Of a stretch of DNA of 64,000 nucleotides, positions 55,999 to 64,000 are shown one piece after another (position 1 is the first letter of the stretch; each line of letters begins with the position of its first letter). The position numbers and the translations under genes were made by a program. A model generated the notes under the pieces. It was given only the letters and a program-made list of their open reading frames with translations. It did no database searches and was not told the DNA's origin. The stretch comes from Myxococcota bacterium (GTDB lineage: Bacteria > Myxococcota_A > UBA796 > UBA2385), in contig JBIJDH010000014.1 in NCBI GenBank assembly GCA_044344255.1, forward strand, positions 140,313 to 204,312, in the 5' to 3' direction.

Positions 55999-57701
55999 GG
56001 GGCCACCAATGACGACGCGACGCGAAAGCCGAGGTACTGATACCGCTTCGTGACCTGCATCTCCGTCCGTGGGATCTGCCCCGGTCGGGTGCAGGGGTGC
56101 CGATAGGAGCCGCCGAGGGCGACGCCGTGCCCGCTCTCCAGGGACAGGGCGCCAGACCCCGCCTCCACCCACTCCCAGACGTTCCCGAGCAGGTCGGCGA
56201 CCCCGTCGGGGGTGGAGCCGGCCGCGTGGGCGTCGACCGAGGCCGGCCCGTCCGCGCCGACGACCGAGCACTGGCAAGTCTTCCCCTCTCCACAGGCCTC
56301 CCCCCACGGGTAGGAGCGGCCCTCGGCCCCCCGCACCGCGGAGGTCCACTCCGCCTCTGTCGGCAGGCGGAGCCCCGACCAGCGGGCGTACTGGCGCGCC
56401 TCCTCCAAGGACACCCCCACCACCGGGTGTCGCGCGCGGCCAACGGGCGGCTTCCGGCCTCGCCAGTGTTCGGGGGGCGCGACCTCGGTGGCCGACACGT
56501 AGCGCTCGTACTCCGCCTCCGTGACGGGGTGTGCGGCGAGGGCATAGGCCTCCACGGCGCACTCTCGCTGGCCCACCCACACCTTCGCAGGCGGAACCAC
56601 GACCATCCCGGTCGGCGGGGGTGCGAAGCGCGGCGGCGGCGGCGGCGGCGGCGGCGGCAGCGGCAGCGGCGACGACGGCAGCGGCGGCCCGCCGCTCGGC
56701 TCCTCCAGGTGAATGGCCGAGAAGAACATCTCCGTCTCGCTCTCCGGCATCGCCAGCTCACCCCCGCTGCGGAGGTCGACCAGGCACACCCGGAGCGCGT
56801 CCCGCATCGCGCGGGCGTCCGCGTAGCGGTCATCGGGCGACTTGGACATCGCCTTGCGGAGCACCCGGTCCACCGAGGCCGGGATGAGCTCGGCGACGGG
56901 CATCGTCCGCGACAGGTGACCGATGACCGCGCCCGTCCGATGGGAGCCGAAGGGCTCCCGGCCCGCGCTCACCGTGTAGAGGGTACAGGCGAGGCAATAC
57001 AGATCGGATCGGCCATCCGAGGGCTCGCCGCGGAGGCGCTCGGGGCTCATGTAGATGGGCGTCCCCGGCACCGCCCCGCGGAGCCCAGCCCCACCGGCGA
57101 GGCCCGAGATGCCGAAGTCACAGACCTTCGCCCGCCCGCTCCGCTCGATCAGCACGTTGCCCGGCTTGATGTCGTTGTGAATGACCCCTTGGTCATGGGC
57201 GACCGCGAGGCCCTCGAGGCAGTCGATCCCGATCTCCAGCACGAGCTCGACCGGCAGCCGCTTGTCGGGGTGGGCGGCCCGCACGCGGGAGAGGTCGAGG
57301 CCGTCCACGAGCTCCATCACGAGGTACTCCCAGCGCCCCTCCCGCCCGTAGTGGTGGACCCGCACGATGTTCGGGTGGGAGAGGAGCATCGAGGTGCGCG
57401 CCTCCACCCGCAGGGTGGCGTCGACGCCCGCCTCCGCCTGGGCCGCCGCGAGGCCGTTCGGCAGCATCACCTTGATCGCCACCGGCACGTCGAGGACGCT
57501 GTCCCAGCCCCGATAGACCGCCGCCGCCGCTCCGCCGGCGATGCGCTTCTCGAGCCCGTACCGACCACCGAGGACAGACCCCTCCTTGGGCGGCCCCGCG
57601 GGCTCGGGCTCGGTGACCTCCACCGGCGACGCAGGGCCCAGGCCCAGCAGCCTGCGCAGCTGACCGATCGCGCCGCCGAAGGTTGAGTCTGACATCGCCA
57701 C
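55995..57701 (-). CDS. Ser/Thr kinase fused to FGE-sulfatase (SUMF1) domain
   Basis: VAIK, HNDIKPGN, DFG, GTPIYMSPE; poly-Pro linker; HPVVGVS, RLPTEAEW, DLLGNVWEW, GFR. Confidence 0.92.
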   Translation of the reverse strand: MAMSDSTFGGAIGQLRRLLGLGPASPVEVTEPEPAGPPKEGSVLGGRYGLEKRIAGGAAAAVYRGWDSVLDVPVAIKVMLPNGLAAAQAEAGVDATLRVEARTSMLLSHPNIVRVHHYGREGRWEYLVMELVDGLDLSRVRAAHPDKRLPVELVLEIGIDCLEGLAVAHDQGVIHNDIKPGNVLIERSGRAKVCDFGISGLAGGAGLRGAVPGTPIYMSPERLRGEPSDGRSDLYCLACTLYTVSAGREPFGSHRTGAVIGHLSRTMPVAELIPASVDRVLRKAMSKSPDDRYADARAMRDALRVCLVDLRSGGELAMPESETEMFFSAIHLEEPSGGPPLPSSPLPLPPPPPPPPPRFAPPPTGMVVVPPAKVWVGQRECAVEAYALAAHPVTEAEYERYVSATEVAPPEHWRGRKPPVGRARHPVVGVSLEEARQYARWSGLRLPTEAEWTSAVRGAEGRSYPWGEACGEGKTCQCSVVGADGPASVDAHAAGSTPDGVADLLGNVWEWVEAGSGALSLESGHGVALGGSYRHPCTRPGQIPRTEMQVTKRYQYLGFRVASSLVAP

Positions 57702-57940
57702 TCCTCCCAGCGTTCACTGCAACCACCGTGCCGGGTCAGGGTCCGGGAATTCGGCGCCGCCGGGTTCCCGACACGGCTCCGGCCGACGCGCGGCGCTGTG
57801 CGGAATCCCACAGCGGCGGGTGTACGGGGGCGCCCCATCGGCCCGAGAAGGCCACCCCTGGGGTTCCCCTTCCGGTTGGCGCAGTCCTTGCACAGCGTCC
57901 CGCGTGCGCGAGGCCAGACCGCCTCCCCGCCGGAGCCCCG

Positions 57941-58309
57941 ATGAACAGCGCCGCCCTCTTCTCACTCCTTCGACTGGAGATCCCCGGCTACGCGGGGACC
58001 GTCTTCGGGAACATCGACGGGACCAGCCTCTACACCGATGGCTACCCCGGCGAAGAGGGGGCGGCGGTCGGCCGGGCCCTCGCCGGCCTCGCCCGCGGCC
58101 ACCATGCCCTCTATCAGGAGCTCGGGGGCGCGATGGACTTCGGCAGCAACGACGAGGTGCTGGTCACCGCCTCGCGCGGCTTCCTCCTGCTCCGTCTCCA
58201 CCACGAGCGCAAGCGCTTCATCGGCGTGCAGCTCCACGCGAGCGGCAACATCGGCTACCTCCGCTTCCGGATGCGGGAGTACCTCCGCATGGTCCTGGAG
58301 GGCGCATGA
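57941..58309 (+). CDS. roadblock-like small protein
   Basis: LEIPGYAGTVFGNIDG...DEVLVT...FLLLRL...GNIGYLRFRM; GGAG RBS. Confidence 0.7.
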   Translation: MNSAALFSLLRLEIPGYAGTVFGNIDGTSLYTDGYPGEEGAAVGRALAGLARGHHALYQELGGAMDFGSNDEVLVTASRGFLLLRLHHERKRFIGVQLHASGNIGYLRFRMREYLRMVLEGA

Positions 58310-59127
58310 ACCGCATCCCCGACATCGCCGCCGCGCCGATTGACTTCAGCTGCCCCGTCGAGCTCTACGACGACCCCGGCCACCGCCTGTTCTGGGTCGG
58401 CTCCCAGGAGGACTCCCCCTTCCGATGTAACGCCTACCTGCTCGTGGATGGGGACACCCACGTGCTCTTTGACCCGGGCTCCCAATTCCACCACTACGAC
58501 CAGGTGCGGGAGCGGGTCGGTCGGATCGTGCCGCCCGACTCGATCACCCACATCGTCGTGCACCACCAGGACCCTGACCTCTGCGACTCGCTGCCCGCCT
58601 GGATCGAGGAGAACCCGAACGTCGTGCTCGTCTGCACCCCGCGGACCCGCATCTTGCTGCCCTACTACGGCTTCCGCCGCGACGTGGCCTGGCTCGACAT
58701 CTCTCCGGTCGACAACACCGTCCTCGAGCTCCCGAGCGGCAAGGCCCTCGCCTTCATCACGAGCCCCTTCCTCCACTTCCCCGAGGCCTGCGTCACCTTT
58801 GACGAGGCGAGCGGCTTCCTCTTGTCGAGCGACATCGGCGCGGCGATCGAGGACGACTGGCAGCTCATCGTGAGCGACTGGGAGGCCCACTGGCGCACCA
58901 TGGTGCCCTTCCACGTCTTCTACATGGCCTCCAACCGGGCGATGCGCGGCTTCCTCGACAAGATCGACCCCTTCCCCATCAGCGCCATCCTCCCGCAGCA
59001 CGGCTCGGTCATCCCCGGGCCCTTCGTGCGCGAGGCGCTGAAGCGGCTGCGCGAACTGCCCTGTGGGATTGACCTGCTCTATCCCCAGAGCAACATCGAG
59101 GCGGCGATGGGGTCGATGCGGCGCTGA
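58306..59127 (+). CDS. MBL-fold oxygen-binding di-iron protein (ODP-like)
   Basis: FRCNAYLL, LFDPG, HHQDPDLC, FLHFP, SSDIG, LPQHG; no flavodoxin domain; ATGA-coupled. Confidence 0.85.
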   Translation: MNRIPDIAAAPIDFSCPVELYDDPGHRLFWVGSQEDSPFRCNAYLLVDGDTHVLFDPGSQFHHYDQVRERVGRIVPPDSITHIVVHHQDPDLCDSLPAWIEENPNVVLVCTPRTRILLPYYGFRRDVAWLDISPVDNTVLELPSGKALAFITSPFLHFPEACVTFDEASGFLLSSDIGAAIEDDWQLIVSDWEAHWRTMVPFHVFYMASNRAMRGFLDKIDPFPISAILPQHGSVIPGPFVREALKRLRELPCGIDLLYPQSNIEAAMGSMRR

Positions 59128-59166
59128 GCGAGGCGCCGGGCGCCTCCCGCTCGGGTAGGGTGAGGG

Positions 59167-60561
59167 ATGACCGACGAACCGACGCCCCCGCCCACCCCCT
59201 CGCTGGCCACCCCCTCGTTGGCCCCGGCCGCGCTGGCCCCGTCCCCGCCACGCGAGAAGGAGGGCGGGCGGGCCGCGGGCGATGACCCTGCGGGGATCGG
59301 CCTGCGGCACCTCCGCGGAGTGAAGTCGCTGGTGCACGACGCGGTGGACGGCGTGGTCGACCTCGTGCGCATCGGCCACCGCTCCACCGCCCGCCTCGTG
59401 ATCGGGGCCCTCGAGGTGGGCGGCCCGCTGCCGCCGCCGATGAAGCAGGCCGACGCCCTCCGCGAGGCGCTGACCGAGGGCATCCTCAGCAGCATCCAGG
59501 GCGTAAACCGCCTCGTCGAGGGGCTCTCCGACGCCGGGCTCGACGCCCTGTCCCCCGCCGCGGCCGGGGGCCCGCCGACGATGGAGGCGCTCGTGCCGCT
59601 GCGCTCCGACGCTGTCGGCACCGCTGTCTGGATGGCCGACGCCGCCGTCGGCGCCACCAACGGCGTGGTGGGCGATCAGCTCCGGGTGAGCCCCCACAGC
59701 CTCGACCTCGGCCTGTCGCTGCGGTCAAGAGAGGCCTGGATCGGGACAGACGGACAGGGCATCCCCGCCGGCGCCGGGCCCCGCGTCGTGGTGCTGGTGC
59801 ACGGCCTCGCCACCACCGAGTGGTCCTGGTGCATGGACGCCGCCCTCCACTGGGGAGACCCTGCCACCAATTTCGGGACCCTGCTCGAGGCCGAGCTCGG
59901 ATACACCCCGGTCTATGCCCGGTACAACACCGGCCGCCCGATCCGCGAGAGCGGCCGCGCCCTCGCGCTGCGCCTCGAGGCCCTCGTGCAGGCCTGGCCG
60001 GAGCCCGTCGAGGAGCTCGTGCTGATCGGGCACAGCATGGGGGGCCTCGTCCTCCGGAGCGCGCTGCGTCACGGCCAGCGGTCGGGCCACGGCTGGGTGC
60101 GTCACGTCCAGCGGGCGGTGACCCTCGCCTCCCCGCTGCGGGGCGCGCCCCTCGAGCAGCTCGGCGCCCTCGCCGGCTCCTTCCTGTCGGCGATCGACCT
60201 GCCGGGCACCCTCATCACCGGCCGCATCCTCCAGGGGCGCAGCGCTGGCATCCGCGACCTCGGCGAGCCGCACAGCGCGATGGGCGGCCCCGAGGCCGAG
60301 GCTGACCTCCCGCCCGACATCTCCTGGTGCTTCGTGACCGCGAGCCTCGGCCCGAGCCCCGACCACCCCCTCAGCCGCGCCTTCGGAGACGGCCTCGTGC
60401 ACGTCGAGAGCGCCGCCGGGCCCGTCGAAGGGGGTAGGCAGCCCGAGGGCGCCCGCGCGCGCGTCCACCACGTGAGCGGCCTGCACCACGCGGCCATTCA
60501 GGTGCACCCCGAGGTCTATGCCCTGCTGCGGGCCTTCCTGTCGGAGGGGCGCGCGAGCTGA
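59167..60561 (+). CDS. alpha/beta hydrolase (PGAP1/lipase-like)
   Basis: VLVHGL, RYNTG, GHSMGGL, GAPLE, GDGLV, HH. Confidence 0.88.
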   Translation: MTDEPTPPPTPSLATPSLAPAALAPSPPREKEGGRAAGDDPAGIGLRHLRGVKSLVHDAVDGVVDLVRIGHRSTARLVIGALEVGGPLPPPMKQADALREALTEGILSSIQGVNRLVEGLSDAGLDALSPAAAGGPPTMEALVPLRSDAVGTAVWMADAAVGATNGVVGDQLRVSPHSLDLGLSLRSREAWIGTDGQGIPAGAGPRVVVLVHGLATTEWSWCMDAALHWGDPATNFGTLLEAELGYTPVYARYNTGRPIRESGRALALRLEALVQAWPEPVEELVLIGHSMGGLVLRSALRHGQRSGHGWVRHVQRAVTLASPLRGAPLEQLGALAGSFLSAIDLPGTLITGRILQGRSAGIRDLGEPHSAMGGPEAEADLPPDISWCFVTASLGPSPDHPLSRAFGDGLVHVESAAGPVEGGRQPEGARARVHHVSGLHHAAIQVHPEVYALLRAFLSEGRAS

Positions 60562-60582
60562 GCCTCCCCGGCCGGACGCTCC

Positions 60583-61203
60583 CTATCCGAGGGGGCTGGT
60601 CTCGGCCCAGGAGGGGCGGGCCGCGACACGACCGAGCCAGGCCTCGAGGTGCGGCAGCCCGTCGGTGTAACGGTCACCGTCGGACAGGCCGGCCGCGCTG
60701 GCGACGGTGGGGGCGAGCAGGAGATCGGCCAGCGACAGCGTGTCTCCTGCCAGGAAGGGCGAGGCGGAGAGGGCCTGGTCAAAGACCGCCAGCGCCCCCC
60801 GCGCCGTCGCCGCCGCGGCCGCGATCGCCGCGTCATCGACCGCGACCCCGCGGGGGGCGATCACGAAGCGGGGGATGAGCACGCCGCGGACGGCCGCCGG
60901 GGCGACAAAGTCATTGTAGGCGCTGGCCCACTGGGTCATCCGCGCCCGCCCCGCGGCGTCGGCCGGCTGGAGCGTTGGCCCGGGGAAGGCCTCGTCGATG
61001 TACCGCAAGATCGCCAGCGCCTCGAAGACGCGGAAGCCATCGTGCTCGAGCACCGGCATCTTGCGGAAGGGGTGCAGGGCCGCGTACTCGGGCGACCGCA
61101 GCCTCGCCGGGGCGAGCGTGTACTCCACCCCCTTCTCGGCGAGGGCGAGGCGGGCGGACCACGTGTAGGTGGAGAAGGCGAAGCCGTGCAGCGTGATGGA
61201 CAT
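60583..61203 (-). CDS. glutathione S-transferase
   Basis: STY..ARLALAEKGV, HPFRKMPVL, FEALAILRYID, FLAGDTLSLADL. Confidence 0.93.
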   Translation of the reverse strand: MSITLHGFAFSTYTWSARLALAEKGVEYTLAPARLRSPEYAALHPFRKMPVLEHDGFRVFEALAILRYIDEAFPGPTLQPADAAGRARMTQWASAYNDFVAPAAVRGVLIPRFVIAPRGVAVDDAAIAAAAATARGALAVFDQALSASPFLAGDTLSLADLLLAPTVASAAGLSDGDRYTDGLPHLEAWLGRVAARPSWAETSPLG

Positions 61204-61243
61204 CGAGAGAGTCTATCAAAGCCGCCCGGCCGCGCGCGAGCCC

Positions 61244-61864
61244 TCAGAAGGACAGGCCCGCGAGCACCCCCACCGTGGCGTTCGCCGGGCTCACCGTGAC
61301 CGTGTAGCCGTAGTCCACCCCATCGACCGCGATCGCGCGGGACTGGGTCACGAGGGTGTAGCTCCCGCGGAGGGCGGCGCGCCAGCGGAGCCCCTCCCCA
61401 CCCTCGACCCCGAGCGCGAGCAGCGCCACGGGCCCGATCGCGCTGTCCCAGTCGAAGGGGCCGGTGTGGTCGAGCACGAGGGCGCCGCCGAGCTGCACGT
61501 CGCCGTAGGGGTGGATCGGCCCCTCGAGCAGGGGGAGCCGCAGCCCGACCAGCGCCCGCGGCTCCATCAGGGTCGCGGAGAAGGTCTCGTCGGTCACGGC
61601 GCCGGCCTCCCAACTCACCCGCTCGGCGAGCAGATCGAGGCTGAAGAGCGGCCGCACCCCGCCATCCGAGAGCCGCTCGAGCTCGACGCCCACGCCCCCC
61701 ATGAGCCGGTGGTCGGCCGCGCCCGCGCCCCCGACCGAGTCGAAAGAGACGAGCTCCGTGCGCACCGGCACGTACTCGAGGGTGAGGCCCGGAGACCAGC
61801 GCGGCGCCGCCTCGGCCGCCCCATGGGCCGCCCCCGCCAAAAGGAGCGCACAGCGCTGGATCAT
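61244..61864 (-). CDS. hypothetical outer-membrane beta-barrel-like protein
   Basis: GAGG RBS, signal peptide MIQRCALLLAGAAHG, amphipathic strands, terminal LSF. Confidence 0.6.
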   Translation of the reverse strand: MIQRCALLLAGAAHGAAEAAPRWSPGLTLEYVPVRTELVSFDSVGGAGAADHRLMGGVGVELERLSDGGVRPLFSLDLLAERVSWEAGAVTDETFSATLMEPRALVGLRLPLLEGPIHPYGDVQLGGALVLDHTGPFDWDSAIGPVALLALGVEGGEGLRWRAALRGSYTLVTQSRAIAVDGVDYGYTVTVSPANATVGVLAGLSF

Positions 61865-62033
61865 CTCGCACCTCCGCTCGGTCGGGAGACCGGGCCTGTG
61901 CCGCTCAGGGTAGCCGCTCCCACGCCCACCGTTCACCCAAAGCCGCCGAGACCTGCGGCCCCGCAGGCATAGGGCCCTGCGCCCTCCCCCCGCTCCATCG
62001 GTGATTATCGTCTGGGAGCACCCGGGAGACCTC

Positions 62034-62462
62034 ATGCGCACCGAGCTCCATCCGCTGACCCTCCACCGCACCCCGACCGCGCTGCTCGCGCTCGGCCTCC
62101 TGCTCGGCGCCGGCTGCGGCGGGACCGACAAAGACGGCGGCGAAGAGGGCGACGCCGACACCGACACCGATACAGACGCCGACACCGACGCCGACACGGA
62201 CGCGGACACCGACACCGACACCGATCTCGTCGACTTCGCCTGCGGGGCCGAGACCTGCACCGCCGGCCTCCAGTACTGCTACTCCGCCTCCGGCGGGGCC
62301 TGGGAGGACACCGCCGACCAGCCCTACTGCCGCGACCTGCCCGTCGCCTGCCAGACCGACCTCACCTGCGCCTGCCTCCAGGCCAACGGCGCCGTCGAGG
62401 GCGGCGGCGAGTGCCAGGAGGGGACCGGCGGGGCGCTGACCGTGACCGTGAACTACCCCTGA
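62034..62462 (+). CDS. small lipoprotein with (DT/DA)n acidic linker and Cys-rich domain
   Basis: lipobox GAGC, DADTDTDT repeat, Cys-rich C-terminal domain; GGAG RBS. Confidence 0.8.
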   Translation: MRTELHPLTLHRTPTALLALGLLLGAGCGGTDKDGGEEGDADTDTDTDADTDADTDADTDTDTDLVDFACGAETCTAGLQYCYSASGGAWEDTADQPYCRDLPVACQTDLTCACLQANGAVEGGGECQEGTGGALTVTVNYP

Positions 62463-62583
62463 GGCGGGGGCGGGCGCCGAGGGCGGGGCGAGGTTTTCGA
62501 CCTCCACCAGAAAGTTCGCCTTGAGGGGAACGATCAGCCCTTGGGTGATTGTGCGGTACCATACCGGCCCCGGGAGTCTCGCG

Positions 62584-62799
62584 GTGGCCGGTCCGCTTCA
62601 AATCTACCTCCTCTCCGATCCCACAGACGAGGCCTTTGTGGCGGCCGTCGCGGAGGGGCTCCGTGCACAGAGCTGGCGCGTCTTCCACCGGGCTGACCTG
62701 CTCCCCGGCGACGAAATCAGGGTCGCCGAGGAGAAGGCGCGGACGCGGGCTTTACGGCCCGGCCGGATTCCGTCGGGCGTGACGATGTGGCCAAGGTAG
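62584..62799 (+). pseudogene. truncated TIR-like ORF fragment
   Basis: GGAG + GTG start; IYLLS..DEAFVAAVAEGLRAQSWRVF...LLPGD resembles the start of a TIR domain, then stops at 71 aa. Confidence 0.4.
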
Positions 62800-62863
62800 G
62801 GCACCGGCCCGCGGGTGGGGAGAGGCTCCGCCCCAGCTCCGGGCGGCCGCGGCCCCACGTGAT

Positions 62864-63273
62864 TCGGCCGGCAAAGATCCTCCTCCCGCGCCACGCGGGG
62901 GAGGAGGCGCCGCATCGACTCCGAAGGGGGGCTGCAGCCCACAGAGACTCGGCCGGCAAAGTCCCTCCTCCCGCGCCAAGCGGGGGAGGAGGCGCCGCAT
63001 CGGCGCCGGAGGGGGGCTGCAGCCCACAGAGACACAGTCGGAACGAATCCTCCTCCCGCGCCACGCGGGAGAGGAGGCGCCGCATCGGCGCCGGAGGGGG
63101 GCTGCAGTCCACAGAGACACAGTCGGAACGAATCCTCCTCCCGCGCCACGCGGGAGAGGAGGCGCCGCATCGGCGCCGAAAGGGGGCTGCAGCCCACAGA
63201 GACTCGGCCGGCAAAGATCCTCCTCCCGCGCCACGCGGGGGGAGGTGGCGCCGCATCGGCGCCGGAGGGGGGC
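62864..63273. repeat. tandem array of five ~85-bp REP-like double-hairpin units
   Basis: units at 62864, 62949, 63034, 63119, 63204 (last partial); each has CCTCCCGCG-CCA-CGCGGG..GAGG and GGCGCCG-CAT-CGGCGCC hairpins (some with mismatches). Confidence 0.95.
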
Positions 63274-63285
63274 CCGCATCCCCTC

Positions 63286-63666
63286 CTACACTCCCTCATC
63301 CTCACGCGACCTGTCCCCACCGACCGTAAGCGCCTCCAAGATCGCCTGCAGCGTAGCTTCTGGCTGTCCCGAGACCTCATGGTTCCAAAAGCGGATCACC
63401 CGAATGCCGCGCTCTCCCAACCATCGGGTTCGCGCCTCGTCCTTCCCCGCGTCGTCGATGTGACCACTCCCGTCCACCTCAACGGCCAATCGAGCCCTCA
63501 CGCAATAGAAGTCGAGGATGAATGGACCCACAGGATGCTGGCGCCGGAAGTTGAACCCCCCGAGTCGGCTGCCGCGAAGGTGCTGCCACAGCCAGAGCTC
63601 TGGCTCCGTGGCCTCGTGGCGCATCGCTCTGGCTCTGGCGGTTGAGATAGAGTCTTGGCGGGCCAT
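63286..63666 (-). CDS. DUF559 endonuclease-domain protein (Vsr-like PD-(D/E)xK)
   Basis: ARAMRHEATEPELWLWQHLR, FRRQHPVGPFILDFYC..RLAVEVDGSGH, D..RT.WL..RGIRVIRFWN. Confidence 0.93.
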   Translation of the reverse strand: MARQDSISTARARAMRHEATEPELWLWQHLRGSRLGGFNFRRQHPVGPFILDFYCVRARLAVEVDGSGHIDDAGKDEARTRWLGERGIRVIRFWNHEVSGQPEATLQAILEALTVGGDRSREDEGV

Positions 63667-63701
63667 GATGAGCGGCCTATCTCGGCGTGCTCGCAACTGT
63701 A

Positions 63702-63983
63702 AAGGGTCCCTTCGATGACTGGCCCCCCTCCGGCGCCGTTGCGGCGCCACCTCCCCCCGCGCGGCGCGGGAGGAGGATCAGGAGAGCGACCCGAGTGTGG
63801 ATCGGCGATGGACCTCTCGGGCGGACGCGGCCTGTCGCGGGATGGGCACCACGAGGATCAGGAGAGCGACCCGAGTGTGGATCGGCGATGGACCTCTCGG
63901 GCGGACGCGGCCTGTCGCGGGATGGGCACCACGATGAAGGGTCCCTCCGATGACTGGCCCCCCTCCGGCGCCGTTGCGGCGCC
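63702..63983. repeat. right-hand repeat complex: inverted REP-like unit, 80-bp tandem duplication, second partial unit
   Basis: 63722-63779 is the reverse complement of 63216-63273 (2 mismatches); 63773-63852 = 63853-63932; 63702-63748 recurs at 63937-63983. Confidence 0.93.
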
Positions 63984-64000
63984 CGACGAGGGCGGCCGAC

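Noticed and set aside
56628..56690. (GGC)n microsatellite
   Set aside because: Encodes the poly-Pro linker of the kinase; the 18-bp repeats near 55500-55565 and 5640-5725 and the DT repeat near 62150-62225 are likewise coding linkers
54266..58309. Canonical mglAB or actinobacterial conservon operon
   Set aside because: No small GTPase, histidine kinase or DUF742 gene in the cluster
58306..59127. Flavodiiron protein (FprA) or beta-lactamase
   Set aside because: No flavodoxin domain, and the motif is HQDPD rather than HxExDH or HxHxDH
62864..63273. CRISPR array
   Set aside because: Conserved part is about 72 bp, the variable part only 13 nt and re-used (two types), and no cas genes are present
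62604..63380. Repetitive ORFs spanning the 85-bp array
   Set aside because: They are translations of the DNA repeat in shifting frames, with no coding signature
63216..63779. Classical IS element with terminal inverted repeats
   Set aside because: The enclosed gene is a DUF559 nuclease, not a DDE/HUH transposase; no target-site duplication was seen
1..64000. tRNA, rRNA, prophage or integrase genes
   Set aside because: No cloverleaf or rRNA signatures and no phage or recombinase motifs recognised by eye

Overview
64 kb of very GC-rich chromosomal DNA, most consistent with a myxobacterial (Myxococcota-like) genome. The evidence is an aglRQS-like motor operon, MYXO-CTERM-like sorting tails, MopE-type DxDGDG/DCDD repeat lipoproteins, Ser/Thr kinases and roadblock proteins. 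About 55 plausible genes are present: housekeeping loci (glpK, recO, glyQS, pgsA, lpxA, glutamate-cysteine ligase, RsmC-like methyltransferase, Hsp15-like) interleaved with many lipoprotein and surface genes. I saw no rRNA, tRNA, CRISPR array, integrase or transposase. Three things stand out. (1) A divergent signalling island (54.3-59.1 kb) with three roadblock/MglB-fold proteins, an oxygen-binding di-iron (ODP-like) MBL protein, a non-RD kinase fused to an FGE-sulfatase domain and a membrane-anchored OmpA protein, but no MglA GTPase or chemoreceptor. (2) A 995-aa ORF in which an internal MYXO-CTERM-like anchor runs straight into a lipoprotein signal peptide, suggesting a two-enzyme (amidase + EEP nuclease/phosphatase) polyprotein. 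(3) A DUF559-type nuclease flanked by 58-bp inverted REP-like double hairpins, expanded into a 5 x 85-bp array. All calls come from motif recognition by eye; no database searches were run.
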